Of a DNA stretch of 64,000 bases, positions 38,207 to 48,125 are shown in pieces. The DNA is taken from the NCBI GenBank assembly GCA_050011875.1, contig JBEKIG010000004.1:96001-160000 (forward strand). The letters run 5' to 3'. Every line of letters begins with the position of its first letter. Position 1 is the stretch's first letter. The notes under the pieces were generated by a model that had not been told where the DNA came from, ran no database searches, and saw only the letters and a program-made list of their open reading frames with translations. Source of the DNA: Nitrososphaeria archaeon. GTDB lineage: Archaea; Thermoproteota; Nitrososphaeria; JACIWG01. A program made the translations under genes and the position numbers.

Positions 38207-39205
38207 TTGAAGTATAAGCGTCTTGGAAAATGTGGAGTGAATGTATCCGAAATATGTCTGGGTGCTATGGGTTTTGGAGCTGAGGTTGATGAGCCTACTG
38301 CTGCTACAATTATTCGACGAGCTGTCGATTTAGGGGTCAATTTTCTTGATACAGCAGATGTTTACAGTAAGGGCAAATCCGAGGAAATTGTAGGAAGAGC
38401 GATAAAAGGCATGAGAGAAAGTATCGTGTTGGCTACAAAGGTTCGTCAGCGCATGGGGGATGGACCTAATGATGAAGGCTTAAGCCGAAAGCATATAATG
38501 TTTGCCGTTCAAGAAAGTCTTCGAAGACTTGATACAGACTATATTGACATTCTATATCTTCATAGACCAAGCAATGTGAATATAATGAAGGGATTTGTCG
38601 GTGAACCTGTTCCTTTGACAGAGACTCTAAATGCTCTTACTGATTTGGTTCGATGGGGGAAAGTTCGATATATAGGTTGTTCTAACTTTCCTGCATGGCT
38701 CCTTTGCAAGGCTCTTTGGACAAGTAATGTCCATGGCTTTGAAAGCTTTGTTGTCAGTCAACCTCGATACAACCTCCTCCAAAGGGAGATCGAACGCGAA
38801 ATTATACCTCTATGCGTAGACCAAGGAATTGGAATTGTCCCCTACAGTCCTTTAGCTGGAGGAGCGTTGTCCGGGAAGTATAAACCAGGTAGTCCACCTC
38901 CTAAAGGCAGTCGAGGCGCTATTAGACCAGATTTCTTTGCAAGGCTCCGTTTCCACTGGGAAGACCCATATAACCTAAAGATAATTCAGGGTTTAGAAGC
39001 CTTCTCTAAAGAAATTGGCAAGCCAATGGCGCAGATCGCTTTAGCCTGGATGCTAGCTAACCCAGCGATAACCTCACCCATTATAGCCGCCACTAGTATA
39101 AAACAGCTTGAAGAGAATTTAGCCTCAACTGAACTTGTTCTCAGCAAAGCAGACTTAGAAAGGATTGATCAGATAGCACCGGCAATGGGCCCATACTTCA
39201 CCTAA
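38207..39205 (+). CDS. Aldo/keto reductase
   Basis: DTADVY, LATK, YLHR, GCSNF, YSPLAGG. Confidence 0.93.
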   Translation: MKYKRLGKCGVNVSEICLGAMGFGAEVDEPTAATIIRRAVDLGVNFLDTADVYSKGKSEEIVGRAIKGMRESIVLATKVRQRMGDGPNDEGLSRKHIMFAVQESLRRLDTDYIDILYLHRPSNVNIMKGFVGEPVPLTETLNALTDLVRWGKVRYIGCSNFPAWLLCKALWTSNVHGFESFVVSQPRYNLLQREIEREIIPLCVDQGIGIVPYSPLAGGALSGKYKPGSPPPKGSRGAIRPDFFARLRFHWEDPYNLKIIQGLEAFSKEIGKPMAQIALAWMLANPAITSPIIAATSIKQLEENLASTELVLSKADLERIDQIAPAMGPYFT

Positions 39206-39453
39206 ATGGATCGGATGTGAATTTTTTAAGGACTCTATTATCAGGCTATATTAATATTAACTATCCCATTCGTGTACATATTTGATAAGAAAACGCCTGT
39301 ACTGTTGGAAATGTTGTCAGGCTCCTTATTCTCTACCAAAAAGCCTTTCAAAACGATCAAAATTCTTTGGTCAAATCTCATCTCATAGGGAAATTCAGAC
39401 GGAATGCATTAAACGCTAAAAAAATGAGCTGTAATCAAATATAGCGATTAAAA

Positions 39454-41124
39454 TTAATTATTCACTGTCCTACTCGCTATCATATTGAAACCTTGCCCAA
39501 GAAGATCTTTCACAATAATGTCACCAGCTTTTATAGGAGCTTTTACGTTAACCTTGGAAAGTTCCTTAAGTGAACGCTCTAGCAGTTGCTTAGGTACAGG
39601 CTTATCAGACCTTATAGGTAGAACACCTATCGCTGAAGCTCCCTCGATTGGAACCACTGTAAACAATATCCTTACAGGGCAGGTGGCTTCCTGTCTTATA
39701 AACTCCAAACCTCTACCACATAAAGCACCCTGTATCTCCTTCACCTGATCACCATCCATTATTACTGTCGTTTGACATCCAATAGGGCATACAATACAGA
39801 TAATACTCTTCGTAGCCATCCCTTCACATCCTTTTACAATTTTAGATTTCTTTGCTACACTGCCTGTTGCCTTAACTTGAAAAGTCAAATTATCGCGTTT
39901 TAAAAGATCCTTGCGGAACTTTAATTTGACCATTTCTGGAGGTCTGAGAACCCTATTAAAGGAACGTACACCAATTTCCGGAACTTCAATGTAAGCATTT
40001 TCAGCAGGTTCCTTAACACGTATATAGAACTTGGTATCCATTATACCACTAAATTTTTGTGGAACAACAGACCTTATACCATTACCTAAAACAACACGTT
40101 TCCATTGGATTTCCTTGGAAACAGCTCCCTTCAGAGCTCTTACCGCCGATAAAGCAGCGATTTCACCCTGTGAAGTTACATCGTCAACAATATCATTAAC
40201 CGTAAGAAAGTTACCTGCTGCAAAAATATTTGGCACACTTGTCTCTAGGAACTCGTTCACAACAGGACCTCCAGTACCTAAGTCAATTTCGAATCCAAGT
40301 CCTTCAGGTAGAATCCTAGGAAATCGTAAATCAGGAACAAGGCCAGTTGCCAGAACAAGAAGATCACATTTTACCTCCTCTTCTGTCCCAATAATAGGAA
40401 CAAGATTTTCATTCACCTTCGCAACAACAACACTTTCAATTCTCTTCCTCCCCTTTATCTGAACCACAGTGCTTCCTAAATAGAGAGGAATATCAAAGTC
40501 TAAAAGACATTGAGCTTGATTTCTTCTTAAACCACATGTATAAGAAAGAATCTCATAGACACCTTTAACATGCGCTCCCTCTTGCGAAAACCTTCTCGCC
40601 ATTATGAGGCCAATATCTCCAGAACCAACTACAACAACTTCTTTGCCTGGAAGATAGCCGTGGATATCCATATACCTCTGCGCGGTACCAGCTGTCATAA
40701 CACCGGCAGGCCTATCTCCTGGAATATTTAATTCATCCCTTCCTCTTTCCCTACAACCAGTCGTTAAAATAACCGTCTTAGCATAAATCTTCATAAAACC
40801 GTTTTCGGAACTGATAATATCTACAAAATGATCGAACAGAGACTTTGTTTCTATTCCTACAGCCATTGCTTGTGTCAAAGTTTCCATATCATAGTTTGCT
40901 ATCTTATCAATGAATTTCTGCATATATTCAGGACCTGTTAAATTTTCGTTAAAATATTCTAGACCAAAGCCTGTGTGCACGCATTGAAGGAGAATTCCTC
41001 CAAGTTCTTTAGCACCTTCAACTATTGCTACCCTCCTTGCACCTTCTTCGTAAGCCCTACAAGCAGCAGCTAGTCCTGCGGCACCACCGCCAACAATCAG
41101 AACATCCGCTTCTTTGTTAATCAT
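39454..41124 (-). CDS. NAD(P)/FAD oxidoreductase fused to DUF1667 (G3PDH partner)
   Basis: GGGAAG, QCVHTGFG, TGPEY, GSGDIG; C-terminal CIVCPIGC...CGRG domain. Confidence 0.85.
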   Translation of the reverse strand: MINKEADVLIVGGGAAGLAAACRAYEEGARRVAIVEGAKELGGILLQCVHTGFGLEYFNENLTGPEYMQKFIDKIANYDMETLTQAMAVGIETKSLFDHFVDIISSENGFMKIYAKTVILTTGCRERGRDELNIPGDRPAGVMTAGTAQRYMDIHGYLPGKEVVVVGSGDIGLIMARRFSQEGAHVKGVYEILSYTCGLRRNQAQCLLDFDIPLYLGSTVVQIKGRKRIESVVVAKVNENLVPIIGTEEEVKCDLLVLATGLVPDLRFPRILPEGLGFEIDLGTGGPVVNEFLETSVPNIFAAGNFLTVNDIVDDVTSQGEIAALSAVRALKGAVSKEIQWKRVVLGNGIRSVVPQKFSGIMDTKFYIRVKEPAENAYIEVPEIGVRSFNRVLRPPEMVKLKFRKDLLKRDNLTFQVKATGSVAKKSKIVKGCEGMATKSIICIVCPIGCQTTVIMDGDQVKEIQGALCGRGLEFIRQEATCPVRILFTVVPIEGASAIGVLPIRSDKPVPKQLLERSLKELSKVNVKAPIKAGDIIVKDLLGQGFNMIASRTVNN

Positions 41125-42607
41125 TCGAGTCACCAAAAAGATCCTTTATCTCGCAAAGAAGCACTTCACTTCCTTCAGATTTTAGTAGAATCTTATTAGG
41201 AGGAACTCCAAGTTCCTTACTCATTATTTCAACTATCTTCGACTGGCATGACATCCCTTGGCACCTGCCTAGACCAGCGCGTGTCCGAAAGGCGACACCT
41301 TGGAGAGTCCTAGCACCTCTCCTGATAGCCTCAACAATTTCTCCTTCACTTACACCTTCACACCAACATACTAGATTAGCAAACTTGGGATCGTCGTGGT
41401 ATAACATCTTCCTACATTCTATAGTTTGTGCTAATATTTTTGGAATAGATTTTCTGTGAGGATCCCAATGGGACTTCTTCACACCGATAAAACCTTGACT
41501 TTCCATTATCCTTACAACCTCTATAGCAATTGCAGGAGAGGATGCGAGACCCGGAGATCTAATTCCAACAACATTAATGAACCTAGAAGGCTTATTGTAT
41601 CCTTCAATTATGAAGTCTGCGTGGGGAGGCTCAGCTCTCAGGCCAGCGTAATTTTTTATACACCTATTTTTTGGAGGAAGTATGGGACCCCATTTTTCGA
41701 TAATATAGTTATAGACCTTTTCAAGGCCTTCCCTACTAGTGGCGGTGTTTTCTTTTTGATCCTCTAGCATATCCTCAGAGGTGGGCCCAATCAGTGTACT
41801 ACCTTCGGTGTCAGGGAGTATACAGATACCCTTGCTTATTTGTGAGGGCACTGGGAAGATTATATGGTTAACTGGACAACGATATTCTGATGGAAATATC
41901 CAATATTCTCCTCTTCTAGGATGTATTTCGATGTCTACGTTGTTATTGGTCCTAGTAACACCGAGCATGTGGGAGATCTTATCACCGTATAATCCGGCAG
42001 CATTAATTATCCAGTCTGCTTCAAAAATCCCCTGATTTGTCTTTAAAAGGAAGAAGTCTTTACTTTCCTCTATACTAATCACTTCATTTTGCAGCTTAAG
42101 TAAGACGCCGTTAGAAACAGCGTTTTCTATAACAGCTATGGTAGCATAGAAGGGAAGAACAGAGCCTTCCGTAGGAGCATATAATGCGGCAATAATTCCA
42201 TTAAGATTGGGTTCTAATTTTCTAGCTTCTTTGGCCGTTAGTAGCTTTATGTTTGGAACACTATTTAGCAGTCCTCTACTGTAAAGAGTATTGAGGATTG
42301 CAATATCACTGTCCTCTGTCGCCCCAACCAGAGCACCACACCAGTTAACGGGAATCTCAAGTTGGCCAGCTATTGTGTGCCAGAGCATGTTTCCTTTTGC
42401 GCATAATCCTGCTCTAATTGGCTGCCTTTTTGGATCATCGTCATATCCTGCATGTATGATGCCTGTGTTTGACTTCGATGTACCGCATGCCACATCAACC
42501 TCTTTTTCGAAAATTGTAATACGTAAATTTTCATATTTTGAAAGTTCTCTAGCTATAAAGCTGCCAACAATACCTGCACCAATAATAGCCACTCTCTCAA
42601 AAGACAT
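41117..42607 (-). CDS. FAD-dependent glycerol-3-phosphate dehydrogenase (GlpA-like) with BFD [2Fe-2S] domain
   Basis: GAGIVG, SKSNTGIIHAG, SPGLASSP, CWCE...RAGLGRCQGMSC; downstream of glpK. Confidence 0.85.
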   Translation of the reverse strand: MSFERVAIIGAGIVGSFIARELSKYENLRITIFEKEVDVACGTSKSNTGIIHAGYDDDPKRQPIRAGLCAKGNMLWHTIAGQLEIPVNWCGALVGATEDSDIAILNTLYSRGLLNSVPNIKLLTAKEARKLEPNLNGIIAALYAPTEGSVLPFYATIAVIENAVSNGVLLKLQNEVISIEESKDFFLLKTNQGIFEADWIINAAGLYGDKISHMLGVTRTNNNVDIEIHPRRGEYWIFPSEYRCPVNHIIFPVPSQISKGICILPDTEGSTLIGPTSEDMLEDQKENTATSREGLEKVYNYIIEKWGPILPPKNRCIKNYAGLRAEPPHADFIIEGYNKPSRFINVVGIRSPGLASSPAIAIEVVRIMESQGFIGVKKSHWDPHRKSIPKILAQTIECRKMLYHDDPKFANLVCWCEGVSEGEIVEAIRRGARTLQGVAFRTRAGLGRCQGMSCQSKIVEIMSKELGVPPNKILLKSEGSEVLLCEIKDLFGDSND

Positions 42608-42649
42608 TGGACTGCAAAAGAATTTTAGAACATATAAATCTTTTAGAAA

Positions 42650-44188
42650 CTAAGATACCTTCTTAAGCCACCCCATCGAAAGTTTGACTGCTTCTTTCCA
42701 TCCAGTATAAAGATGCTCTCTTTTATTATCTGACCATTCTGGTTCGAAGATTCTGTCCTTTTTCCAAAGTTTAGCAAGCTCATTTGTACTTTTCCAATAA
42801 GACACAGCTAAACCAGCAGCGTATGCTGCTCCTAAGGAAGTTGTTTCAAAAAATTTGGGTCTAACAACCTTGGTTCCAAGGGTGTCTGCTTGCAACTGCA
42901 TCAGATAATTGTTCACAACGGCACCGCCATCAACCTTCAAGATTTCAAGCCGAGCTCCTGAAGCTCTGGCCATGGTCTCAAAAACATCTCTGGTCTGCCA
43001 GCATATTGATTCTAGTGCAGCATGCACTATATGGTCTCTTTTAATAAACGAGGTCAAACCACAGATGATACCCCGTGCGTCAGAATCCCAATAAGGTGCA
43101 TAAAGACCATTAAATGCTGGTACAAAATAGACACCACCCGATCCTTCATCTTTAATGGATTCAGCTATCTTCTCTGTCTCCGAAGGGGAACCAATGATTT
43201 TTAGATTATCTCGAAGCCACTGAACAACAGAACCAGCTACAGCAATTGATCCTTCCAAAGCATAAACAGTCTTCCCCTCTTCAAAGCTATACGCACAAGT
43301 TGTCAGCAGACCTTCCTTCGACAGTTTAGGTGAATTACCAATATTCGAAAGCATGAAACATCCTGTGCCATATGTATTTTTTGATTCGCCTTCCCTGAAG
43401 CAAGCCTGACCAACCAAGGCAGCCTGTTGATCACCCAAGTCGCTGCAGACAGGAATCTTCGAACTAAAAACACTATCCTCTCTTGTATATCCATAAAAAT
43501 TCTTGTCAGAGGATGGTTTAAGTTCAGGAAGGATTTCTTCTGGTATTTTAAGAAGACGGAGTATTTCTTGATCCCATTCAAGTTTATTTATATTCATCAA
43601 CATCGTCCTTGAACCATTTGTATAATCTGTGACGTGTGATCCACCTTTAGGACCTCCTGTTAACCACCATATCATCCAACTGTCAATATTTCCAAAAAAG
43701 ACCTTGCCAAGCCCAGAATACTCCAAGACTTTAGGAACATTTTTAAAAATCCACTTAATTTTAGGGCCTGAAAAATATGTGGATAAAAATAATCCTGTTT
43801 TAGGTTTTATAAGTGACTCGTCATACCCTTGAATCTTGAGCTCTTCACATATCTCTTTAGTCCTTGTATCCTGCCATACAATTGCGTTATAGTAAGGTTG
43901 ACCAGTTTCAGGATTCCATAGAACAACCGTTTCCCTTTGATTTGTAACACCAACAGCCACGATTTCTTCACTCTGAATCTTTGAACTCTCAACAGCTTCT
44001 TTTATCACTGCAAACATGTTGTCAATTATCTCCAATGGATTGTGTTCAACCCATCCTGGATAGGGATAGATCTGCTTATGTTCAAGATAACTTGACGAAA
44101 CCTTGCTACCTTCATGATCAAAGATTATACATCTTGTACCAGTTGTGCCTTGGTCAATCGTTAAACAATATCCATCTTCTGTTACCAT
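42650..44188 (-). CDS. glpK: Glycerol kinase
   Basis: DQGTTG, TNQRET, WQDTRT, GDQQAAL, KNTYGTGCF, VDGG. Confidence 0.96.
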   Translation of the reverse strand: MVTEDGYCLTIDQGTTGTRCIIFDHEGSKVSSSYLEHKQIYPYPGWVEHNPLEIIDNMFAVIKEAVESSKIQSEEIVAVGVTNQRETVVLWNPETGQPYYNAIVWQDTRTKEICEELKIQGYDESLIKPKTGLFLSTYFSGPKIKWIFKNVPKVLEYSGLGKVFFGNIDSWMIWWLTGGPKGGSHVTDYTNGSRTMLMNINKLEWDQEILRLLKIPEEILPELKPSSDKNFYGYTREDSVFSSKIPVCSDLGDQQAALVGQACFREGESKNTYGTGCFMLSNIGNSPKLSKEGLLTTCAYSFEEGKTVYALEGSIAVAGSVVQWLRDNLKIIGSPSETEKIAESIKDEGSGGVYFVPAFNGLYAPYWDSDARGIICGLTSFIKRDHIVHAALESICWQTRDVFETMARASGARLEILKVDGGAVVNNYLMQLQADTLGTKVVRPKFFETTSLGAAYAAGLAVSYWKSTNELAKLWKKDRIFEPEWSDNKREHLYTGWKEAVKLSMGWLKKVS

Positions 44189-44516
44189 TATCTTTCTTAG
44201 ATAATATTTTTCTTAAAAACTTTCTAATACGCATTGTTAAAGTTTTATATTTAGGTGAATCAATTTAAAATTACTTATGATTTGACGAAATCAGAAAGGG
44301 GGGGGGATATCTGCACGCAATAATCTACATATATATTTGTGAAACATTTATTCTTCACTGGTACGAGAGCAGGTGACAACATAATCTTTTTTTGCATCTA
44401 AAACACATTTAAAAAGGAAAAGGTTGTAACAAATATTTATGTCTTCTTAAAAAAATATCTTGGAAGACGAACTTAGTGCAAGTAATAATTGATGACTCGT
44501 CCAAAATGGAGGCCAC

Positions 44517-44819
44517 CTATGACGAGGGGCCGGTTTTGCTTGTCTTCTTCAAGACATAATCGAAGAACTTCTGAGTCGTTCCATCGTCAGAGGCCCACTC
44601 AGCGCGCAAACTTGTCTTCTTCTCCACCCTTCTCAATGCGGAAAGAAGAGAGCGGTTCAACTCTTTTGCACTGTCACCCTCCATCTCTGCCTTGATGATA
44701 TACTCGCCTTTCGCTTCTTTGACGGAGCCCGTCGTGATGGCCTGCTCCAGAACAGGCTTGATGGCCTTAGGATTCGAACTGCTCACTCGTGCCAAGACCC
44801 TAAAATGCTTGGTCACCAT
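44517..44819 (-). CDS. Hypothetical protein
   Basis: 100-aa ORF with natural composition (SAKELNRSLLSALRRVEKKTSLRAEW). Confidence 0.6.
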   Translation of the reverse strand: MVTKHFRVLARVSSSNPKAIKPVLEQAITTGSVKEAKGEYIIKAEMEGDSAKELNRSLLSALRRVEKKTSLRAEWASDDGTTQKFFDYVLKKTSKTGPSS

Positions 44820-45287
44820 TTGCGGTCAGACGTTAACACGACCGAAGCTTATTAAAGATTTCCTTGGGGCAACCAACCGCGATATGGGTCAGAAGGGACT
44901 CGGCAGATATGCCTCAACGGAGGGACATTCAGCCTCCCACTTAGGTGGAGACCGCAACGGATTCGCAGCAAAGGAAAGAATAATTTGCTGTCGCCCGGAT
45001 TTCCACTCGGGTTCCCTTCTTGGAAGGCAGGATCTTGAGCTAGCCAGTGCTGACCCACATGCTCTCAGGGGGCGCTGTCCGCATAAGCTCCCAAAAGTCG
45101 ATTCAAAGTGTTCCTTGAATGATTTCTCCTCCTTTATTATCGTTCCTTCCATTACAGCCACTGTTTTATTAATTCTAACAGATTAGTGGATTTTACATTT
45201 TGTTGAATGAGGGAATAAGAAAATTTTAGAATTAAAGACGCAGACTTATATAATTGAGTCTAGAAATAATTGAAGGCTGATTGATCT

Positions 45288-47063
45288 ATGAGTTTAAGAG
45301 ACCCTGTTTGCGGTATGCCTTTAAAGCTTGAGGAGGCAAGATACAAATCCACGATGTTCGGAAAGGAATATTATTTCTGCAGTAAAGATTGCATGTACAC
45401 CTTTGTTGAAGGGCCAAGAATTGCGTACTTTTCAATGGAAATAGGCGTTAAGAGCGAAATTCCGACCTATAGTGGTGGGCTAGGAGTCTTAGCAGGCGAT
45501 ACTATAAGATCAAGCGCAGATCTAAGAATTCCTCTTATAGCTTTGACGCTTATTAGCAAGAAAGGGTATGTCAAACAAAAGATCACGGAAGATGGTACAC
45601 AATTGGATCTTCCTGATGAGTGGGATCCCTCAAATTTCTTCAGGTTGTTGCCAAATATCGTTAATGTGAAGATCGAGGGTAGAGACGTTATGATTCAGGC
45701 TTGGCTTTTCGAACAGCAAAGTATGACCGGTGCAATGGTTCCTATATTGTTTCTTGATACAGACGTTAAAGGAAACGTGCAAGAAGACCGTGGCATCACC
45801 GACTTCCTTTATGGAGGAGATGATAGATACCGATTGAAGCAGGAAATTATTCTAGGAATCGGTGGAAAGAGGATGCTTGAGGCGTTGAATATTAACATAA
45901 GAAAATATCATATGAATGAAGGCCACTCAAGTCTTCTAACTATTGAGCTACTTAAGGAGAATAACGCAAATTCGGAGACTGTGAGAAATCTATGTGTCTT
46001 TACCTCACATACACCGGTTGAAGCAGCCTTTGACAGGTTTCCATACGATGTTGTTGGAAATGTGCTAGGTGATGAAATACCCTTAGAAGTTCTAAAAGAA
46101 TATGGTGGAGAAGACGACTTGAATATGACTTTATTGGCGTTAAGGCTTAGCAAATATGTTAACGGGGTAACTAAGGCTCATATGGAATATTCAAATAAGC
46201 TATTTCCCGGTTATCATATTAGATCGGTTACGAATGGTGTTCACTCTTATTGGTGGACTTGCAGTAATTTCAGAGAACTCTTCGATAAATATATCCCCGG
46301 CTGGGCTAATGAACCAGAACTGCTTGTGAGAGTCGATGAGATAAGTGATGAAGAGATATGGGAAACTCATTTAAAAGCCAAGGAATCATTGATGCAATTC
46401 ATTAAAGAAAAAAAGAATATCGTAATGGACGTCAACACTCTAACTATAGGATTCGCTAGGCGAGCTACCTCATACAAGCGAGGAACATTGATATTTACAG
46501 ATTTAGAAAGGTTAAGGAAATTGAATAAGGTAGGCATGATGCAGTTTATCTTTGCTGGAAAGGCTCATCCTAGAGACCAAGCTGGCAAAGATGAAATAAA
46601 GAGCATATACAACTACATTGATCAATTGAAGAACGAAATCAAAATAGTGTACCTTGAGAATTACGATATGGATACGGCTGCAAGGATCACTTCTGGAACA
46701 GATCTCTGGCTGAACACCCCACTGCCGCCTCTTGAAGCGTCTGGTACTAGTGGAATGAAGGCTGCGCATAATGGCGTGATAAACTTCAGTGTACTCGATG
46801 GATGGTGGATAGAAGGCTGTGTTGAAGGTGCCACAGGTTGGGCGATAGGGCCTCACCCGAACGAGCAGATTGACGAAAGTTCGAGGAGGAAGCTTGAACT
46901 TGAAGATCTATATGGTAAGATAGAATATGTTATTCTACCAACTTTTTATGGAAGAAGGGATGAATGGATTAGTATGATGAAGAATTCGATAGGGAAGGTC
47001 GCATACTACTTTAACAGTCACCGAATGATGCGCAGATATGTCACAGACGCGTATCTGATATAA
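45288..47063 (+). CDS. glgP: Alpha-glucan phosphorylase with N-terminal YHS/TRASH domain
   Basis: DPVCGM...YYFCSKDC, then AYFSME, SGGLGVLAGD, HMNEGH, FARR..YKR, EASGTSGMK (PLP Lys). Confidence 0.9.
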   Translation: MSLRDPVCGMPLKLEEARYKSTMFGKEYYFCSKDCMYTFVEGPRIAYFSMEIGVKSEIPTYSGGLGVLAGDTIRSSADLRIPLIALTLISKKGYVKQKITEDGTQLDLPDEWDPSNFFRLLPNIVNVKIEGRDVMIQAWLFEQQSMTGAMVPILFLDTDVKGNVQEDRGITDFLYGGDDRYRLKQEIILGIGGKRMLEALNINIRKYHMNEGHSSLLTIELLKENNANSETVRNLCVFTSHTPVEAAFDRFPYDVVGNVLGDEIPLEVLKEYGGEDDLNMTLLALRLSKYVNGVTKAHMEYSNKLFPGYHIRSVTNGVHSYWWTCSNFRELFDKYIPGWANEPELLVRVDEISDEEIWETHLKAKESLMQFIKEKKNIVMDVNTLTIGFARRATSYKRGTLIFTDLERLRKLNKVGMMQFIFAGKAHPRDQAGKDEIKSIYNYIDQLKNEIKIVYLENYDMDTAARITSGTDLWLNTPLPPLEASGTSGMKAAHNGVINFSVLDGWWIEGCVEGATGWAIGPHPNEQIDESSRRKLELEDLYGKIEYVILPTFYGRRDEWISMMKNSIGKVAYYFNSHRMMRRYVTDAYLI

Positions 47064-47370
47064 ACCTAACTATAAAGTAACGAACATTTTTATGGAGCGT
47101 TCATTAAACTCTATTCTAGATTTGATATTTAATGGAAAGTGATATAATTTTGGTCCTTGTTAGAGTACGACAGACAGGGTAAGCTCACCCTGCACTGGTC
47201 TCCCGCCACCAATGAATAGATTTTGTGACCTATTTATGTTCCCTTAGGTATTAAGACCTACTCCACAACATATCCAAAGATTATCATCCTTTCAACCTTC
47301 AAGCTTAAGGTCTTCTACACAACACAAAGTCCTATAGACTGATTAATGGCGATATATATTCCCCTAGATT

Positions 47371-47811
47371 GTGTTGGAATCGAACATGACAATTAAGATC
47401 ACATCAAGACACTTGAAAAATATAATCTACCACTGTAAGAAAGAATGGCCAATTGAGGCATGCGGTATTCTAGCAGGAAAAATCAGGGACATAGAAGGTG
47501 ATTCCGTAAAGGAAGTATCAAAAATTTATAGCTGCAGAAATGAATTAAACTCTCCTATGGCGTACAGAATAGAAGCTGAACAGCAGCTAAAAATTTTTAG
47601 AGAAATAGAAGAATTAAGATTGGATTTGATAGGCTTCTACCATTCGCACACATCAACTCATCATAGTCTCTCTAGACCGTCCCAGATTGATAAGAAAAGA
47701 GCGAATTATTATGGATGTTCTTATGTCATAATTACCTTGTACCCTTTAAATGCATCTTCTTGGCTATTAGAGAAGAAGGGTGTATTCAAAGAAGAGACAA
47801 TATCATCTTAG
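47371..47811 (+). CDS. JAMM/Mov34 (M67) metallopeptidase
   Basis: EACGIL, GFYHSH...PSQID. Confidence 0.88.
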   Translation: MLESNMTIKITSRHLKNIIYHCKKEWPIEACGILAGKIRDIEGDSVKEVSKIYSCRNELNSPMAYRIEAEQQLKIFREIEELRLDLIGFYHSHTSTHHSLSRPSQIDKKRANYYGCSYVIITLYPLNASSWLLEKKGVFKEETISS

Positions 47812-47819
47812 ATATAAAA

Positions 47820-48125
47820 TTATGTTTTAGTCTTCTCCAAGTCGCCTCTTGCTCTTAAGCCAATCACATTATGGATATGCACATATTCTCCAGCATCTAT
47901 ATCGTTAGTCGCTTTACCTATTACTTCGCCATACTTGATGATCTTTTCATCCTTGGATATTTTTTTTGTGGCGAATTTGTGGCCAAAAGGGATATTAGAT
48001 TTTATTAAGAGTCTAAAATGCATTTTTCCAATGTCTAACCTCACAACATCACCTTTCTTGATATCTACCAAAGCATTTGCAACATTATCTTTGACATTAA
48101 TGATTATAGCTTTTCTTATAGACAT
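47820..48125 (-). CDS. UxaA/SuyA-type SAF-domain small subunit
   Basis: DNVANAL, IPFGHKFA, KYGEVIG, HIHNV. Confidence 0.88.
   Translation of the reverse strand: MSIRKAIIINVKDNVANALVDIKKGDVVRLDIGKMHFRLLIKSNIPFGHKFATKKISKDEKIIKYGEVIGKATNDIDAGEYVHIHNVIGLRARGDLEKTKT

Noticed and set aside
44298-44306. G9 tract upstream of glpK as a phase-variation switch
   Set aside because: About 110 nt from the start codon and outside the apparent core promoter; no evidence of length variation from one sequence.
44692-45186. GC-richer overlapping ORFs upstream of glgP
   Set aside because: No recognisable motif in any frame; probably decayed foreign DNA.
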